From Octopus vulgaris (taxonomy: Eukaryota): DNA of 64,000 bases. The stretch spans positions 28,272,001 through 28,336,000 of the forward strand of contig OX597814.1 in NCBI GenBank assembly GCA_951406725.2, given 5' to 3'. Both the position numbers and the translations under genes were made by a program. Shown piece by piece: positions 29,551 through 42,285 of the stretch; the stretch's first letter is position 1; each line of letters starts with the position of its first letter. The notes under the pieces were generated by a model. The model searched no databases and was not told the origin of the DNA. It saw only the letters and a list, made by a program, of their open reading frames with translations.

Positions 29551-29654
29551 GAGCCTACATGTATTTATATATGTATACATATATACACATACATTATTTT
29601 AAATGTTTTTGTGTATGTATTATTTCTAAAGCCAAAACTGCAAGTGAAAATAAT

Positions 29655-29754
29655 ACCGGTTGACTGCTTTACTTGGTATTTAAATATTTTGGGGTTAAGA
29701 CCTCTTCTTCAGGAAATTGTTGGAGAAAATTTTTTATTCACTGACTTCTCTGTT

Positions 29755-29842
<88 letters not shown>

Positions 29843-31110
29843 AAGCGTTGGTAAGCGTCGCTACAGTAAACAACCAGCTGAATATAGCTCTGATCTGTTA
29901 TTAATACGTGGTGTGCATTTAATTTTAAAAAATGCTTCTTTTATTCTTAAGTACCCAACGTTTCCTTCTGTTGCCTCAATGGAAACCTAGATGTCTCACT
30001 GGTAGCATTTCTGTAGATGTGTTTTGACAGAAGAAGCAATAGAATAGAGGCCTTCTTCAATCTGTATGTGCGATCGTCTAGTAGCAGGAGTACTTCCGAT
30101 GTAGAGTACGCTGCATTTGCTATTCGTGAGTTTATACGCCACGTAGGACTGCAGACATAGATTTTCATTTCAGTTGAGCAATATACATGTGGAGTTGTTT
30201 TGTCTTGGTTTGATTTTTTTTAGTTAGGACCCTCATTAGGGACGGTATAGAGTGGGCCAGTCATGTATTCAATCCTTCCCAATGGGTCGCACAGCAGATT
30301 GCAACAGTTTGTGGCAGTTTCAAGAGACACGTTATCCTTGGATTTTTTTTAGTTAGGACCCTCATTAGGGACGGTATAGAGTGGGCCAGTCATGTATTCA
30401 ATACTTCCCAATGGGTCGCACAGCAGATTGCAACAGTTTGTGGCAGTTTCAAGAAACACGTTATCCTTGGATTTTTTTTAGCTAGGACCCTCATTAGGGA
30501 CGGTATAGAGTGGGCCAGTCATGTATTCAATACTTCCCAATGGGTCGCACAGCAGATTGCAACAGTTTGTGGAAGTTTCAAGAAACACGTTATCCTTGGA
30601 TATATGCGTTTTGTTAGGTGGTCTGCTTATGTCCTAATGCTTAGTGAAAGATTATGGATAGCCATTCTCCATCAAGACCTTTCTGAATTGTATTGTATGG
30701 TGTTGGTGCTTTTGCTTCCTGCCCTGTTACATTTACTGCGCATCCTGTGGATCCCATTTTTAATGTAGGCCATCTTAGCTCTGATGGTCAGGAATGGATT
30801 GAATTGTAATACACAAATAGACCCCTTGTTTACCGCTTTTCTGTAAACTTTAGTGGAGATGCATCTGTGATTTTTGAGGTAAAAATCAAAGATAAGAAAC
30901 CGATGTTAACGGGGTGCTTCACTTAAAATTCTATAAGTTCATCGATATTGTTGAAATGAGATTGACAAGATACACAGTAAATGTGGTGAGACAAGAAACA
31001 AAAATACCAACACCGTACGGTTCAGAAAGTCCTAAATAGAAAATGGCTAACCATACTCCTTCACTAAACGATTTCCGAGAAAGGGGTCTTAACCCTGAAA
31101 TATTGAAATA
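29655..31110 (-). mobile_element. Decayed Penelope-like element (RT thumb plus GIY-YIG) with inverted hammerhead-bearing ends
   Basis: Minus strand reads KFYRKAVNKG...IRAKMAYIKNGIHRMRSKC and VAYKLTNSKCSVLYIGST; related motifs at 29678-29717 (-) and 31071-31109 (+). Confidence 0.72.
30214..30600. repeat. 129-bp tandem triplication
   Basis: G(T/C)TAGGACCCTC at 30223, 30352 and 30481; few substitutions between copies. Confidence 0.95.
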
Positions 31111-31503
31111 GCAGGAGTGGCTGTGTGGTAAGTAGCTTGCTAACCAACCACATGGTTCCGGGTTCAGTCCCACTGCGTGGCATCTTGGGCAAGTTTCTTC
31201 TGCTATAGCCCCGGGCCGACCAATGCCTTGTGAGTGGATTTGGTAGACGGAAACTGAAAGAAGCCTGTCGTATATATGTATATATATGTATATGTGTGTG
31301 TGTGTTTGTCCCCTAGCATTGCTTGACAACCGATGCTGGTGTGTTTATGTCCCCGTCACTAGCGGTTCAGCAAAAGAGACCGATAGAATAAGTACTGGGT
31401 TTACAAAGAATAAGTTCCGGGGTCGATTTGCTCGACTAAAGGCGGTGCTCCAGCATGGCCGCAGTCAAATGACTGAAACAAGTCAAAGAGAGTCAAAGAG
31501 AGC
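31111..31503 (+). mobile_element. SINE family B inserted in the Penelope end
   Basis: Full-length match; AGCAGG on both sides. Confidence 0.9.
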
Positions 31504-31940
31504 AGGTAAAACAACCAATCTTTTTTTTATATATATATTTTGCATTGCTTTGGCTTTAAAAAATACATTAGCAATATTTCGGTATTAGTACATGACGTCA
31601 CTCATGAGTGAGTGCATGTGTGAGTGCCTGCTCGACTGCTCAGCTATGTCGAGCAAATGAAAGATAATGTTGCATACTCAATCATGACGTCATAGACTTG
31701 CCAATATATTAAAACTTTTATATGCCAGAGAATGGTTTATGAAAACTATACTACTGTTGCACGCGCGCGCATGCGTGTGTCTGTAAAACCACTCCTTACT
31801 GAAGTGGACGTGTCGAAAAACTTAAAACACTACTTCAGGAAGTGTGCTGTTTAGTTAGGCATAACCTGATCCAGATCCTAAGTGGTCGAGGTTACCTAAG
31901 CTATAATACATATACACATACTGTGCATATTTATACTCAT

Positions 31941-32329
31941 TTGGAGACGCAATGGCTCAGTGGTTAGGGCAGCGGACTCGCGGTCGTAGGATCGCGGTTT
32001 CGATTCCCAGACCGGGCGTTGTGAGTGTTTATTGAGCGAAAACACCTAAAGCTCCACGAGGCTCCGGCAGGGGATGGTGGTGATCCCTGCTGTACTCTTT
32101 CACCACAACTTTCTCTCACTCTTACTTCCTGTTTCTGTTGTACCTGTATTTCAAAGGGCCGGCCTTGTCACTCTCTGTGTCACGCTGATTATCCCCGAGA
32201 ATTACGTTAAGGGTGCACGTGTCTGTGGAGTGCTCAGCCACTTACACGTTAATTTCACGAGCAGGCTGTTCCGTTGATTCGGATCAACCGGAACCCTCGT
32301 CGTCGGAACCGACAGAGTGCTTCCATCCC
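31941..32329 (+). mobile_element. SINE family C, full length
   Basis: TSD ATTTATACTCAT at 31929-31940 and 32330-32341. Confidence 0.93.
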
Positions 32330-32344
32330 ATTTATACTCATATA

Positions 32345-32728
32345 CTAGCAGTATCGCCCGGCGTTGCTCAGGTTTGTAAGGGAAATAACTATAAAGCATT
32401 TTTAGAGAGTTATAGCCAAAAAATAGCCAAAAAATGGAAAAAATATGGTAAATTTTTTTTTGAGAGTTAAAAAAGGATGGAGTTGCGTCTCCTAGACAGT
32501 TTGTGGTTCGTGTTTCTGATTCTCGACCCCATGTCGAATTTATCGATTTTTTTCAGAACTGGGGGAACTTTTCAAAATTTTGGCTGCGTTAGTTTTGAAT
32601 TATGACATTGGGCTATGCGTGTGTCAAGTTTCATCAGAATCGGTTGAAAGCCGTGGTCAGGGTGAGGGTACAAGCAAACAGACACACAGACACGCAGACA
32701 GACAAACTGCCGTTTATATATAGAGAGA
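32345..32728 (-). mobile_element. Non-autonomous Helitron with a shared 3' end but different 5' half
   Basis: Minus strand A|TC...CTAG|T with the same hairpin end as the 1470 and 16572 copies. Confidence 0.82.
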
Positions 32729-33464
32729 TATGGGTACGTATGTAATCCACATAAATCAAGACTAATTTATGATTCTATATATATAATTCCAATTCTAATC
32801 ACACTGTGTTAAAATTGCTTGAGAATAACAGAAATGACATAAATAATTAACATCATTTTATATGTATATACAAAACATATCCACATATGTCTGTTAGTCA
32901 TGTGTCTGCGACTCTATACAAACGTGTTTCAATCTGTTGATTCCTGGCTTCTTCCTTCCCAATCCCAACTTCAGTTACTTCCTCAATTACACATTTGCAT
33001 TAGTACGGAATGAACATTTATGAGTTTCGGCCGCTCAGTATTGGTATTCACCAGTCGGAGTTGGATTAAGAATAGTAATTAACATTAGTACAAAGTGAAA
33101 TACGATTTATTGACGTTATTGCTGTGTATTTATCACAGGTTAGTTAATTCTCAGCTGACTTTCTGCAGGCTCTATTAACTAATTGACCTCAAAAATCACA
33201 ACCATTCGTTTGCTGGTAACAGGAGGAGAGAGAGAGGTCTAATGGTCAATATTGCTGTTTGATTGAAATTCGAGGCGTCTGATGTTGGCCACTAATGAAG
33301 CTGCTATCAATCTACTAGCTTTATTGATCAGACCGTATAGAGGTGTGTATATCTCTGTGTTGGTGTGTGAATATTCATTTTTGTATGTGTGTACGTGTCG
33401 TATATATGGGCGCATGTGCATATCTGTGTTTGTTTCTGCAAGCACTGGAATCTTTGTGTGCCTT

Positions 33465-33481
33465 GTGTGTGTGTGTGTATG

Positions 33482-33571
<90 letters not shown>

Positions 33572-33586
33572 CATATACATATATAT

Positions 33587-33657
<71 letters not shown>

Positions 33658-33722
33658 TGTATGTATGTATGTATGTATGTATGCATGTGTATATATGTAT
33701 ATATATATATGTATAATTATAC

Positions 33723-33790
<68 letters not shown>
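33465..33790. repeat. Compound TA/TATG/TG microsatellite
   Basis: Direct inspection. Confidence 0.95.
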
Positions 33791-33792
<2 letters not shown>

Positions 33793-34479
33793 ATATTTAA
33801 TGCACATGTGTATAGACGGATGGTGTGCGCTCCCACTTAGCTGGGCATTAATTTGCAGATTGCAGAGTATTTAGCAGTCTTTTTATTCCGTTTTTATTTT
33901 TATCGTGGTTGTTCCTTTTTGTTGTATTTATTAATTATTTTTATTGGTGTTAATGTTGTTAATGATGATGTTGTTATTGTTGTTGTTGTTTTCCTCATTA
34001 ATAGGCGTGATCTGATTTAGTTGAATAGACCATTCAAAGACAGAGGTTTGTTGGTCGAACCAAATATTTTGATCAACGGCTCTTGTTTGCAAATATTTCA
34101 TTATTAGTGTGAGCATACAAATCGATCCCTGTAAAGTCAGTCTGGTACCTACTTTATCGGTCGCTTTGCCGAACCACTAAGTTATTGGGGGTAATAAACA
34201 AACCACCACCGGTTTTCAAGCGTCGGGGGGAAAGGTTGAAAAGCACATACACATAGACGACACACGCACGCGCGACAAACTTCCACACTGCTTCTATCTG
34301 CCAAATTCACTCAATAGAAGACGCTTACCCAAGGTGTCGCAGTTGCGCGGCGGGAATGATCTAAAAACTATGTGGTTGTAAAGCGAACTTTTAAACCAGA
34401 TATCCATGTCTGCACCCACACATACATACATACATACATACATACATACATACATACATACATACATACATACATACAT

Positions 34480-35275
34480 ACAGGAGATTGCCACAAAGTA
34501 CCTGGTGAACAAGAGAAACGGTGACGCTCTTGCCACAAAGTACCTGGTGAACATGAGAAACAGTGATGCTCTTGCAATCCCAGGGTGCAACCCTATGTGT
34601 AGGCTATATCATGCTTCTGTGGAAGACATCACGCATGTGATTAGTAGCTGTCCTAAAGTGTCGTCACGGTACTATCTCCCTATGCGGTATGATGTTGCTA
34701 AAGCAATTTACAAAGCCATCTGCAAAAAATACTGTCCTGAAATAAACTTAGAAAATCCTTCTGTTATGGAACATATTCGTAAACACCAACTCAAGGAATA
34801 CTGCTGGAATGTTTCTATCAAAACTTCTGTCAAATGTAACCATAACAGGCTGGATATTGATTTTGGGGACAGAGGGGCAAAGATATGTACCATCATAGAG
34901 GTCAGCTGCCTTGCAGATATAAATATCTCTTTGAAAATCAAAGAAAAAGACGATATCTATGGACAACTGCTCTGAAACCTCCAGCTTCTATACCCAAACT
35001 ATGAATTCATATTCATGCCAATAATAATTGGAGCACTAGGTTTTGTTACTAAATGCTTAAACAATGATATGGATAAAGTGGGATTTTCTGAAAGAGAAAT
35101 CGACCGGTTCATTCATACATTACAGTTGCAATCTGTGAGTGGAACAGTAAAAATATGCAAGACTTTCTCAAGTTCCAAATGTGAATTTGTCTGTGTTAAC
35201 TACATCCCAATGATGGAGGCTTGTATCTTTGTTGGAAACCTCAGTGGAAGATTAATAATAATTAAAAGATAGAAG
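34480..35275 (+). pseudogene. 3' end of an RLE-type non-LTR retrotransposon ORF (R4/NeSL/Hero-like)
   Basis: CRL..EDITHVISSC knuckle, HNRLDI...IIEVSC restriction-like nuclease motif, KEKDDIY, PIIIGALG; in-frame stop at 34973-34975. Confidence 0.85.
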
Positions 35276-37082
35276 AGACATACATACATATTGATAGCTG
35301 ATATCAACTTTACTCAAATATACCAATTAAAGTACAAATTTGTTGATTAAAGCAAGTATTTGATGCATGTATCGAACCGCAAATATTTCCCTATGATTGG
35401 TAAACATTCCTTCTAAAGGTTTTGAACTAAAAACTCATGGCTTTCTTGTTGTTTCATCGTTCAAATCATACCCAGATTGTGTTAACCTACGTATAATTAA
35501 AAGCGATCTAGCCGTGACCATCCTGTTTTTTATTTCAGGCATCGTGTACGGAGTAATACATTATTCACTGTGTCTTTCCTTTGTTTAAGGTAATACGGTA
35601 TTTGAAGCAGATTTTTTGGCGATCTCTTGCAGCGTAGAGGCTCCCTCGTTGGTTTGTGACAGTAATTTTTATAAAAATTACGTTAAAGTTTTATAGAGAA
35701 TTAATTAGAAAAAGGAATAAGTATTCCTGAAATATGCACATAAACCCATTACCTATTTTTCCATTCAAGCTGGTGCCCCAGCATGGCTGCGGTCTAATGA
35801 CTGAAACAAGTAAAAGATAAAGGATATCTATTTAGCCATATTTCAAAGCAAATTCTGTGTTTTATTCCTGACACAACATGCAGATTATAAGCATAAGAAT
35901 CAGGATTTTCGTATAAGCCGAATCTCACTCAGCTTCAGCGCAATTACAGCCATACATGTAGTTTTAGACAGGCTATATATATAATAATTCTCTCGGTTTA
36001 ACTTTTGGTCCTTGAAGATGCATTTAGCGGAGTCCTTTCTTTTTTTTTTTTTTTGTTGCAAACGTTCAGATCACACCTTCAGGTTGAAGATATCAAAATC
36101 TTTTTCTCTTGCCCATACTAGCCTCGGAAGCCCTACAGAAATTGAGTGCTGCCTTGTCAAATAAATTAAATTATAAATACAAAGGAAACAATTTGGTGCC
36201 GTAGATTTGGCAATAGGTGTACGAAGAAAAATTATCTAAGGCTCCGTAAAGCATACGACTACATGCTCTCTAAAAGTACATACCACTCCTTAAAGTGTGC
36301 GGCCTACATGTTGTTTAAGATTACGCAACAACCTATTAGACACACATCTTACATGTTCTTCAAAATTATTTTAGGTTCTTAAAAAGAATTCAGTAAAGAG
36401 TGCGGTTAACCAAGAGTTATACTAATGCAGTTTCTTTTTAAATATTATAATATACAGAAATGATTAAGTTTTCTTTTGTTGTGTTGTTACTGGCCCCAGG
36501 CCAGTCCTAAGTGAGTAGACATATGATCAAAGGCGTTCTGATACGACAAAGTCACACTTTACTTTCGGCTATGGTACGTTTAATGCTACATTCAGAGTAA
36601 ACTTCTAAATATCAATTGCGTCAAGAAGGTTGGGTATAATTTAAGGGAAATTTGGTTGCTATTTCTAGCAGATAAAGCGACTACCCAGAGACTTCCTTGT
36701 TGGCTTGTTGGCTAATTTGTTAGAGCAAATAGTGAGGTTAGTGAGTCAGGTGAAAATACATAGCAAACTATTTATGCAACAGTGTCATTCGAGAAGGTTG
36801 CAGCTGATGGTTAATATACAGTAGAGGGTGGGGCGAGAAAATCTACATATAACTCTGTGGTGGTGGTGGTGGTGGTGGTGGTGGTGGTGGTGGTTGTATT
36901 GGTTGTTATGATGATGGTAGGAAGTGATATGCAAGTTGCCTTGTTTGATTAAAAAGAAGAGATTTATTTAGTTACAGGAAAGGGCGTTGTCGGTTGTTGC
37001 TGCTGTTCTTCGGCCAAGGCCAGACTTGACTGTACAAGTCTATAACCAAAGTCCTTCCAGCCATAACCATTCCATCTATTTT

Positions 37083-37176
<94 letters not shown>

Positions 37177-37179
37177 TTT

Positions 37180-37278
37180 ACGACCAGGCTATCAGGTGTT
37201 GCTACACATCGGTGGTCACAATGCGCTTCGCATTGTTTTAGCCTTCAAATGACGCCACCCCGCTGGCTAAGCGAGCAG

Positions 37279-37282
<4 letters not shown>
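37180..37282 (-). mobile_element. Isolated SINE tail F embedded in (TA)n
   Basis: Matches 9241-9340. Confidence 0.75.
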
Positions 37283-37327
<45 letters not shown>

Positions 37328-37331
<4 letters not shown>

Positions 37332-37547
37332 TCTTTCTCTCTTTTCTCTTTTACTTGTTTCAGTCATTTGACTGCGGCCATGCTGGAGCACCGCCTTTAT
37401 TCGAGCAACTCGACCCCGGGACTTATTCTTTGTAAGCCCAGTACTTATTCTATCGGTCTCTTTTGCCGAACCGCTAAGTGACGGGGACATAAACACACCA
37501 GCATCGGTTGTCGAGCGATGTTGGTGGGACAAACACAGATATACAAA

Positions 37548-37595
<48 letters not shown>

Positions 37596-37763
37596 CATAT
37601 ATACGACGGGCTTCTTTCAGTTTCCATCTACCAAATCCACTCACAAGGCTTTGGTCGGCCCGAGGCTATAGTAGAAGACACTTGCCCAAGGTGCCACGCA
37701 GTGGGACTGAACCCGGAACCATGTGGTTGGTAAACAAGCTACTTACCACATAGCCACTCCTGC
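37328..37763 (-). mobile_element. SINE family B
   Basis: Full-length match. Confidence 0.9.
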
Positions 37764-37768
37764 TATAT

Positions 37769-38147
37769 ATATCCAGAACCGGGCGCCACTGCGTAGTACC
37801 AAGTACTCCAAATTTGCCATCAAGATGTAGGACAAGATATTGTGATAGCCTGGGCTTCAGAGGCCCACAGCTCTTCAATATCCTCCCGAAGAACCTGAGG
37901 GACCTGCATGGTGTAGATGCGGATGTCTTTATAGTAGGACTGGATCGCTTCCTGTCAAGTGTCCCGGATGAACCAACTTCACGGCAGGAGGTGCAGATGA
38001 GGGCAGCTGCATCGAACTCTCTCATGCATCAGATGGCGTTTGCTAAAAAGCATCCGTGAGGTAAAATCGTGTAGCAAACCAAATGGCGGTGCCCCAGCAT
38101 GGCCACAGCTCATTAGCTGAAACTGGAAAAATCAAAAATCAATCAAA

Positions 38148-38150
<3 letters not shown>
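37769..38150 (+). mobile_element. 3' end of a CR1-group LINE
   Basis: SLGFRGPQLFNILPKNLRD...LDRFLSSVPDEP...AASNSL C-terminus, then a 3' UTR stem-loop and a short repeat tail. Confidence 0.82.
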
Positions 38151-38184
<34 letters not shown>

Positions 38185-38464
38185 CAACAATTGAGGGTAA
38201 AATTAATTAATAAATCAATTTCACCAAGTATTCAGTATGCAAAGGGACCATTTAAGGCGAATTCAAATTATTACATTATATAAAAGGGCTTAGTAAAATA
38301 AATTACTTTGCCGCATACTGAACTCATTAGAAATAGCAGCTAAAAAAACTTTTTTAAAACTATTTCCAATACTTAAAGAAAATCTCTCTCGTATAGTGTT
38401 TGCTCAATTCAACTCACGAAAGTATGAGGGTAGAAACATTAAAAAATCAAATGCAAAGGTTATT

Positions 38465-38517
38465 TGAGAACTTACGTTTCAAGATTAGTCAAAAAAGACA
38501 TTTCTATCATCAGCTCA
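38465..38517 (-). ncRNA. Hammerhead-like motif (inverted copy)
   Basis: Same as 39043-39095 but with CGTAAG in stem III. Confidence 0.5.
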
Positions 38518-39042
38518 GAACTCCCTGGTTTGGATTTGAAAACACTGAAAGTAGGAGCATACCTTTTCGGCTTCCCATCGTCTCCGAAGATCTACTCGAA
38601 ACTAACAGTGCCAGCAAATTCGAACATGCAAGCGAAGAATTTCTGCTCTCCCCTTTCCACCAGCGTGGGTTAAAATCAGCAAACAACATGCAAAGTAATT
38701 TATTTTACTAAGCCCTTTTATATAATGTAATAATTTGAATTCGCCTTAAATGGTCCCTTTGCATACTGAATACTTGGTGAAATTGATTTATTAATTAATT
38801 TTACCCTCAATTGTTGAAATTATAATTCATATCTCTCTATTTAATGCCTCGGATTTTACCGAAAAAAAGCATGTTGTTTGCTGATTTTAACCCACGCTGG
38901 TGGAAAGGGGAGAGCAGAAATTCTTCGCTTGCATGTTCGAATTTGCTGGCACTGTTAGTTTCGAGTAGATCTTCGGAGACGATGGGAAGCCGAAAAGGTA
39001 TGCTCCTACTTTCAGTGTTTTCAAATCCAAACCAGGGAGTTC

Positions 39043-39095
39043 TGAGCTGATGATAGAAATGTCTTTTTTGACTAATCTTGAAACGTACGTTCTCA
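39043..39095 (+). ncRNA. Type I hammerhead ribozyme motif
   Basis: TGAG-CTGATGA-[imperfect stem II]-GAAA-CGTACG-TT-CTCA; intact core, palindromic stem III. Confidence 0.6.
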
Positions 39096-39277
39096 AATAA
39101 CCTTTGCATTTGATTTTTTAATGTTTCTACCCTCATACTTTCGTGAGTTGAATTGAGCAAACACTATACGAGAGAGATTTTCTTTAAGTATTGGAAATAG
39201 TTTTAAAAAAGTTTTTTTAGCTGCTATTTCTAATGAGTTCAGTATGCGGCAAAGTAATTTATTTTACTAAGCCCTTT

Positions 39278-39314
<37 letters not shown>

Positions 39315-39544
39315 CCTGTTCTTTTAAACACAGCAGTGTGTGATTGGATTCAGGTTTAGGCTGCTATTTTTAACATGACGAGTTTCTCCTCCTTGTTAAA
39401 AAATATTAGGTTGTTCCGAAAACAATGCCCGCTCTAAGTGTTGTGTCTTGAAACGCAAATTTTATCATAGTATTTTAATTATATTTTAGGTGAATTTCGA
39501 CATACTTAATAATTGATGTAGGCTCTTTAATAATTCTCTACTTA

Positions 39545-40813
39545 CGAGGGGCGTTCAATAAGTAATGCCCCTGACCCACTTCCCATAGCAGTAGAGCAAC
39601 GACACTTGGCACAGTTATTAGTCTTTTCTTACATAGGAACTACCCAGAGTTATGCATTTCTCCCATCGTTTGATACAGCTCTGGAGACCGTTTTTGTAGA
39701 AGACCCCAGCTTGGTCCTCCAATCACGACGTGACTTCAGAAATCAAAGCTGCATCATCTGGGAAACGCTTTCCTTTCAAAAACAACTTCATGGCTGGGAA
39801 GAGGGGAAAATCAGAGGGTGCAAGGGGAGGAGTTCATAGCTGCACGCCTGTGCTTCTGATCTGGCGACACGCGAGTTGTGGACCGGAGCGTTGTCCTGCA
39901 GGAGGAGGATGCCTTTGCTGATCTTGCCCCGCCTCTTGATTTTGATAGCTTCTCTTAATTTCCTCAAAAGTGAAGCATAATAGGCTCCTGTAATTGTGGT
40001 ACCCTTTGCCAGGAAATCTGTCATCACTACTCCGTCCTGGTCCCAGAAGACTGTGAGCATAACCTTGTCAGCGGAGGGCTGCACCCTTGCCTTCTTTGGA
40101 GAAGGTGAATCACGGTGCTTTCACTGCCTTGACTGGGCTTTGGTCTATGGATCATAGTGATGGACCCAGGTTTTATCCTGTGTGATCAGACTTTTGAAAA
40201 ATTTTGACTCATCTTCTTGGCACATCTCCAAATTCATCCTCGAGCACTCAACGCGTTCTTGCTTCTGGAAAGGTGTGAGCAACCTGGAAATCCATCTGGC
40301 AGACACCTTTTGCATATGCAAATGGTCATGAATGATAGTTTCAACAGACCCGGTACTAATCTTGACCTTATGGGCTATTTGGCGAATAGTTATGCGTTGA
40401 CCTTCCAAAATGGCAGCCTCAACTTGACGGACAGACGTCTCATCAACGGCAGAAGGGGGCGACCAGATCTGGGAGCTGTTTCCACAGAGTCCGACTATGT
40501 TTGAATTCACAATACCAGCGTTTTACAAGGTCATATGATGGAGCATCATCACCATAAGTTACTTTCATTTCATCAAAAGTCTCCCGTGGTGTGCGTCCTT
40601 TCAAATACAAAAACCAGATCACTGCTCGACACTCAACAGGCTTCATTTCACACTTGACTCAGTTCAAACACCTGTAAATCAGAAACCACAATTAGCTCAG
40701 AGCTGTAATTCGCCACTTAATCTATAGAGGTATAAATAAGTGCACATGCAAAATTTCAGCTAGATCAAACAACTCTAAGTGGGTCAGGGGCATTACTTAT
40801 TGAACGCCCCTCG
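39545..40813 (-). mobile_element. Inner mariner element (irritans-like), nested
   Basis: Perfect 37-bp TIRs CGAGGGGCGTTCAATAAGTAATGCCCCTGACCCACTT flanked by TA. Confidence 0.93.
39618..40646 (-). pseudogene. Mariner transposase pseudogene
   Basis: Motifs KVSARWISRLLT, ITQDKTWVHHYDP, KVMLTVFWD, LLQDNAPVH; frameshifts and stops. Confidence 0.93.
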
Positions 40814-40863
40814 TATTTTAGACAGAAAACATTATTGAAGCACAGTCGCTCGTAATTAGGGAC

Positions 40864-41825
40864 ATGACAGAAAAGGACCTTCGCTTACTTTTCTTGCCTG
40901 GACACAATGCCTCCTCCCAAAAAGCTGCCAATATCAACGGAGCACGGGGAGAAAGGTCCACAAGTGATCGTACAGTACGAAGGTGGTTCCAGAAATTCTG
41001 TAGTACGAGCTTTGACGATGAAGAAGGTAGAGGACGGTCATGCAGTCTTGACAATGGACAATTGAAAGCAATTGTTGAACAAAATTCACGTCAAAGTGTC
41101 AGAGAAATGTCTCAGGCACTTGGTATTGCAACAGTCTTACGCAATCTGCAGAAGGTTGGTAAGGTGAAAAAGCTCGATAAACGGCTATCGCATGAGCTCA
41201 ATGAAAATCAAAAACTTTGGTGTTTTGAAGTGTACTTGATGCTCTTTCTGTGAAACGCCAATGATCCTTTTCTTGAACGAATAGTCACTTGTGACGAAAA
41301 GTGGATCCTTTATGATAACCATAAACAATCAGATCAATGACTTGATCGTAATGAGTCTCCCAAGTATTTCTCAAAGTCAAAGTTACATCAGCAAAAGATT
41401 ATGGTGACTGTCTGGTGGTCTGCAATTGGCGTTTGTCCATTACATCAGAGGTTTTACTGCAATCAATTCGCTGAAATGCATGCTCACTTGCAAAAAATGA
41501 GACCTGCATTGGTGAATCAGCGTAGCCAACTCTGCTCCACGATAATGCAAAGCCACATGTTGCAAGAATGACGCTGCAGACTTAGGATACGAGACTTTAC
41601 TAGATCCTCCGTATTCTTCTGATCTTTCACCCACTGACTACCATTTTTTAAAAGTATTTAAACACGTTTTTAAGTGATAAATCTTTCAGGTCCAAACCAA
41701 AGGTGGAGTCAGCTTTCAAAGATTTCTTAGCATCAAAGCCAATAAGTTTTTGTCAACAAGGCATAAATAATCTCATTGATCGATGGCAGAGATGCATAGA
41801 TGTTCACGGCTCATACTTTGACTAA
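40864..41825 (+). pseudogene. Mariner transposase pseudogene
   Basis: Motifs TVRRWFQKF, RLSHEL, RIVTCDEKWILYDN, YSSDLSPTDYH, GSYFD*; multiple lesions. Confidence 0.92.
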
Positions 41826-42055
41826 TCAAAACATTTCTATTGTTAATTTTTCCAGAATAAAATCATGTTTCTGAAATAAGCCATTATTTTCGGAACAACC
41901 TAAGACAAAGGACTCTTACTGTGTCGGAAGGTTTGGCGTTTGTAGTTGATATAACAACAATATACTGTTAGGGTTTCAATTAATACTTTAGAAAACACAT
42001 GGGCCTGTAAATGTAAATACTCCCTAAAACCCTGAAGGGCTTTCATGATACAGAA

Positions 42056-42285
<230 letters not shown>

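Larger units (their letters stand above)
38181..39285. mobile_element. Young inverted-repeat structure with hammerhead motifs, probably Penelope-like pLTRs, embedded in (TA)n
   Basis: Segments A-B-A'-C-B'-A'(partial); arms almost identical. Confidence 0.75.
39406..41903 (+). mobile_element. Outer mariner element (TTAGGTTG termini), decayed
   Basis: TIRs TTAGGTTGTTCCGAAAA / TTTTCGGAACAACCTAA. Confidence 0.85.

Noticed and set aside
30214-30600. Regularly spaced repeats as a CRISPR-like array (also the SINE-A multimers)
   Set aside because: They are whole-unit tandem duplications with no unique spacers and no cas genes, in a eukaryotic context.
38400-39160. Two near-identical 103/107-aa ORFs on opposite strands
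   Set aside because: They are mirror products of the inverted duplication, have non-ATG starts and show no recognisable domain.
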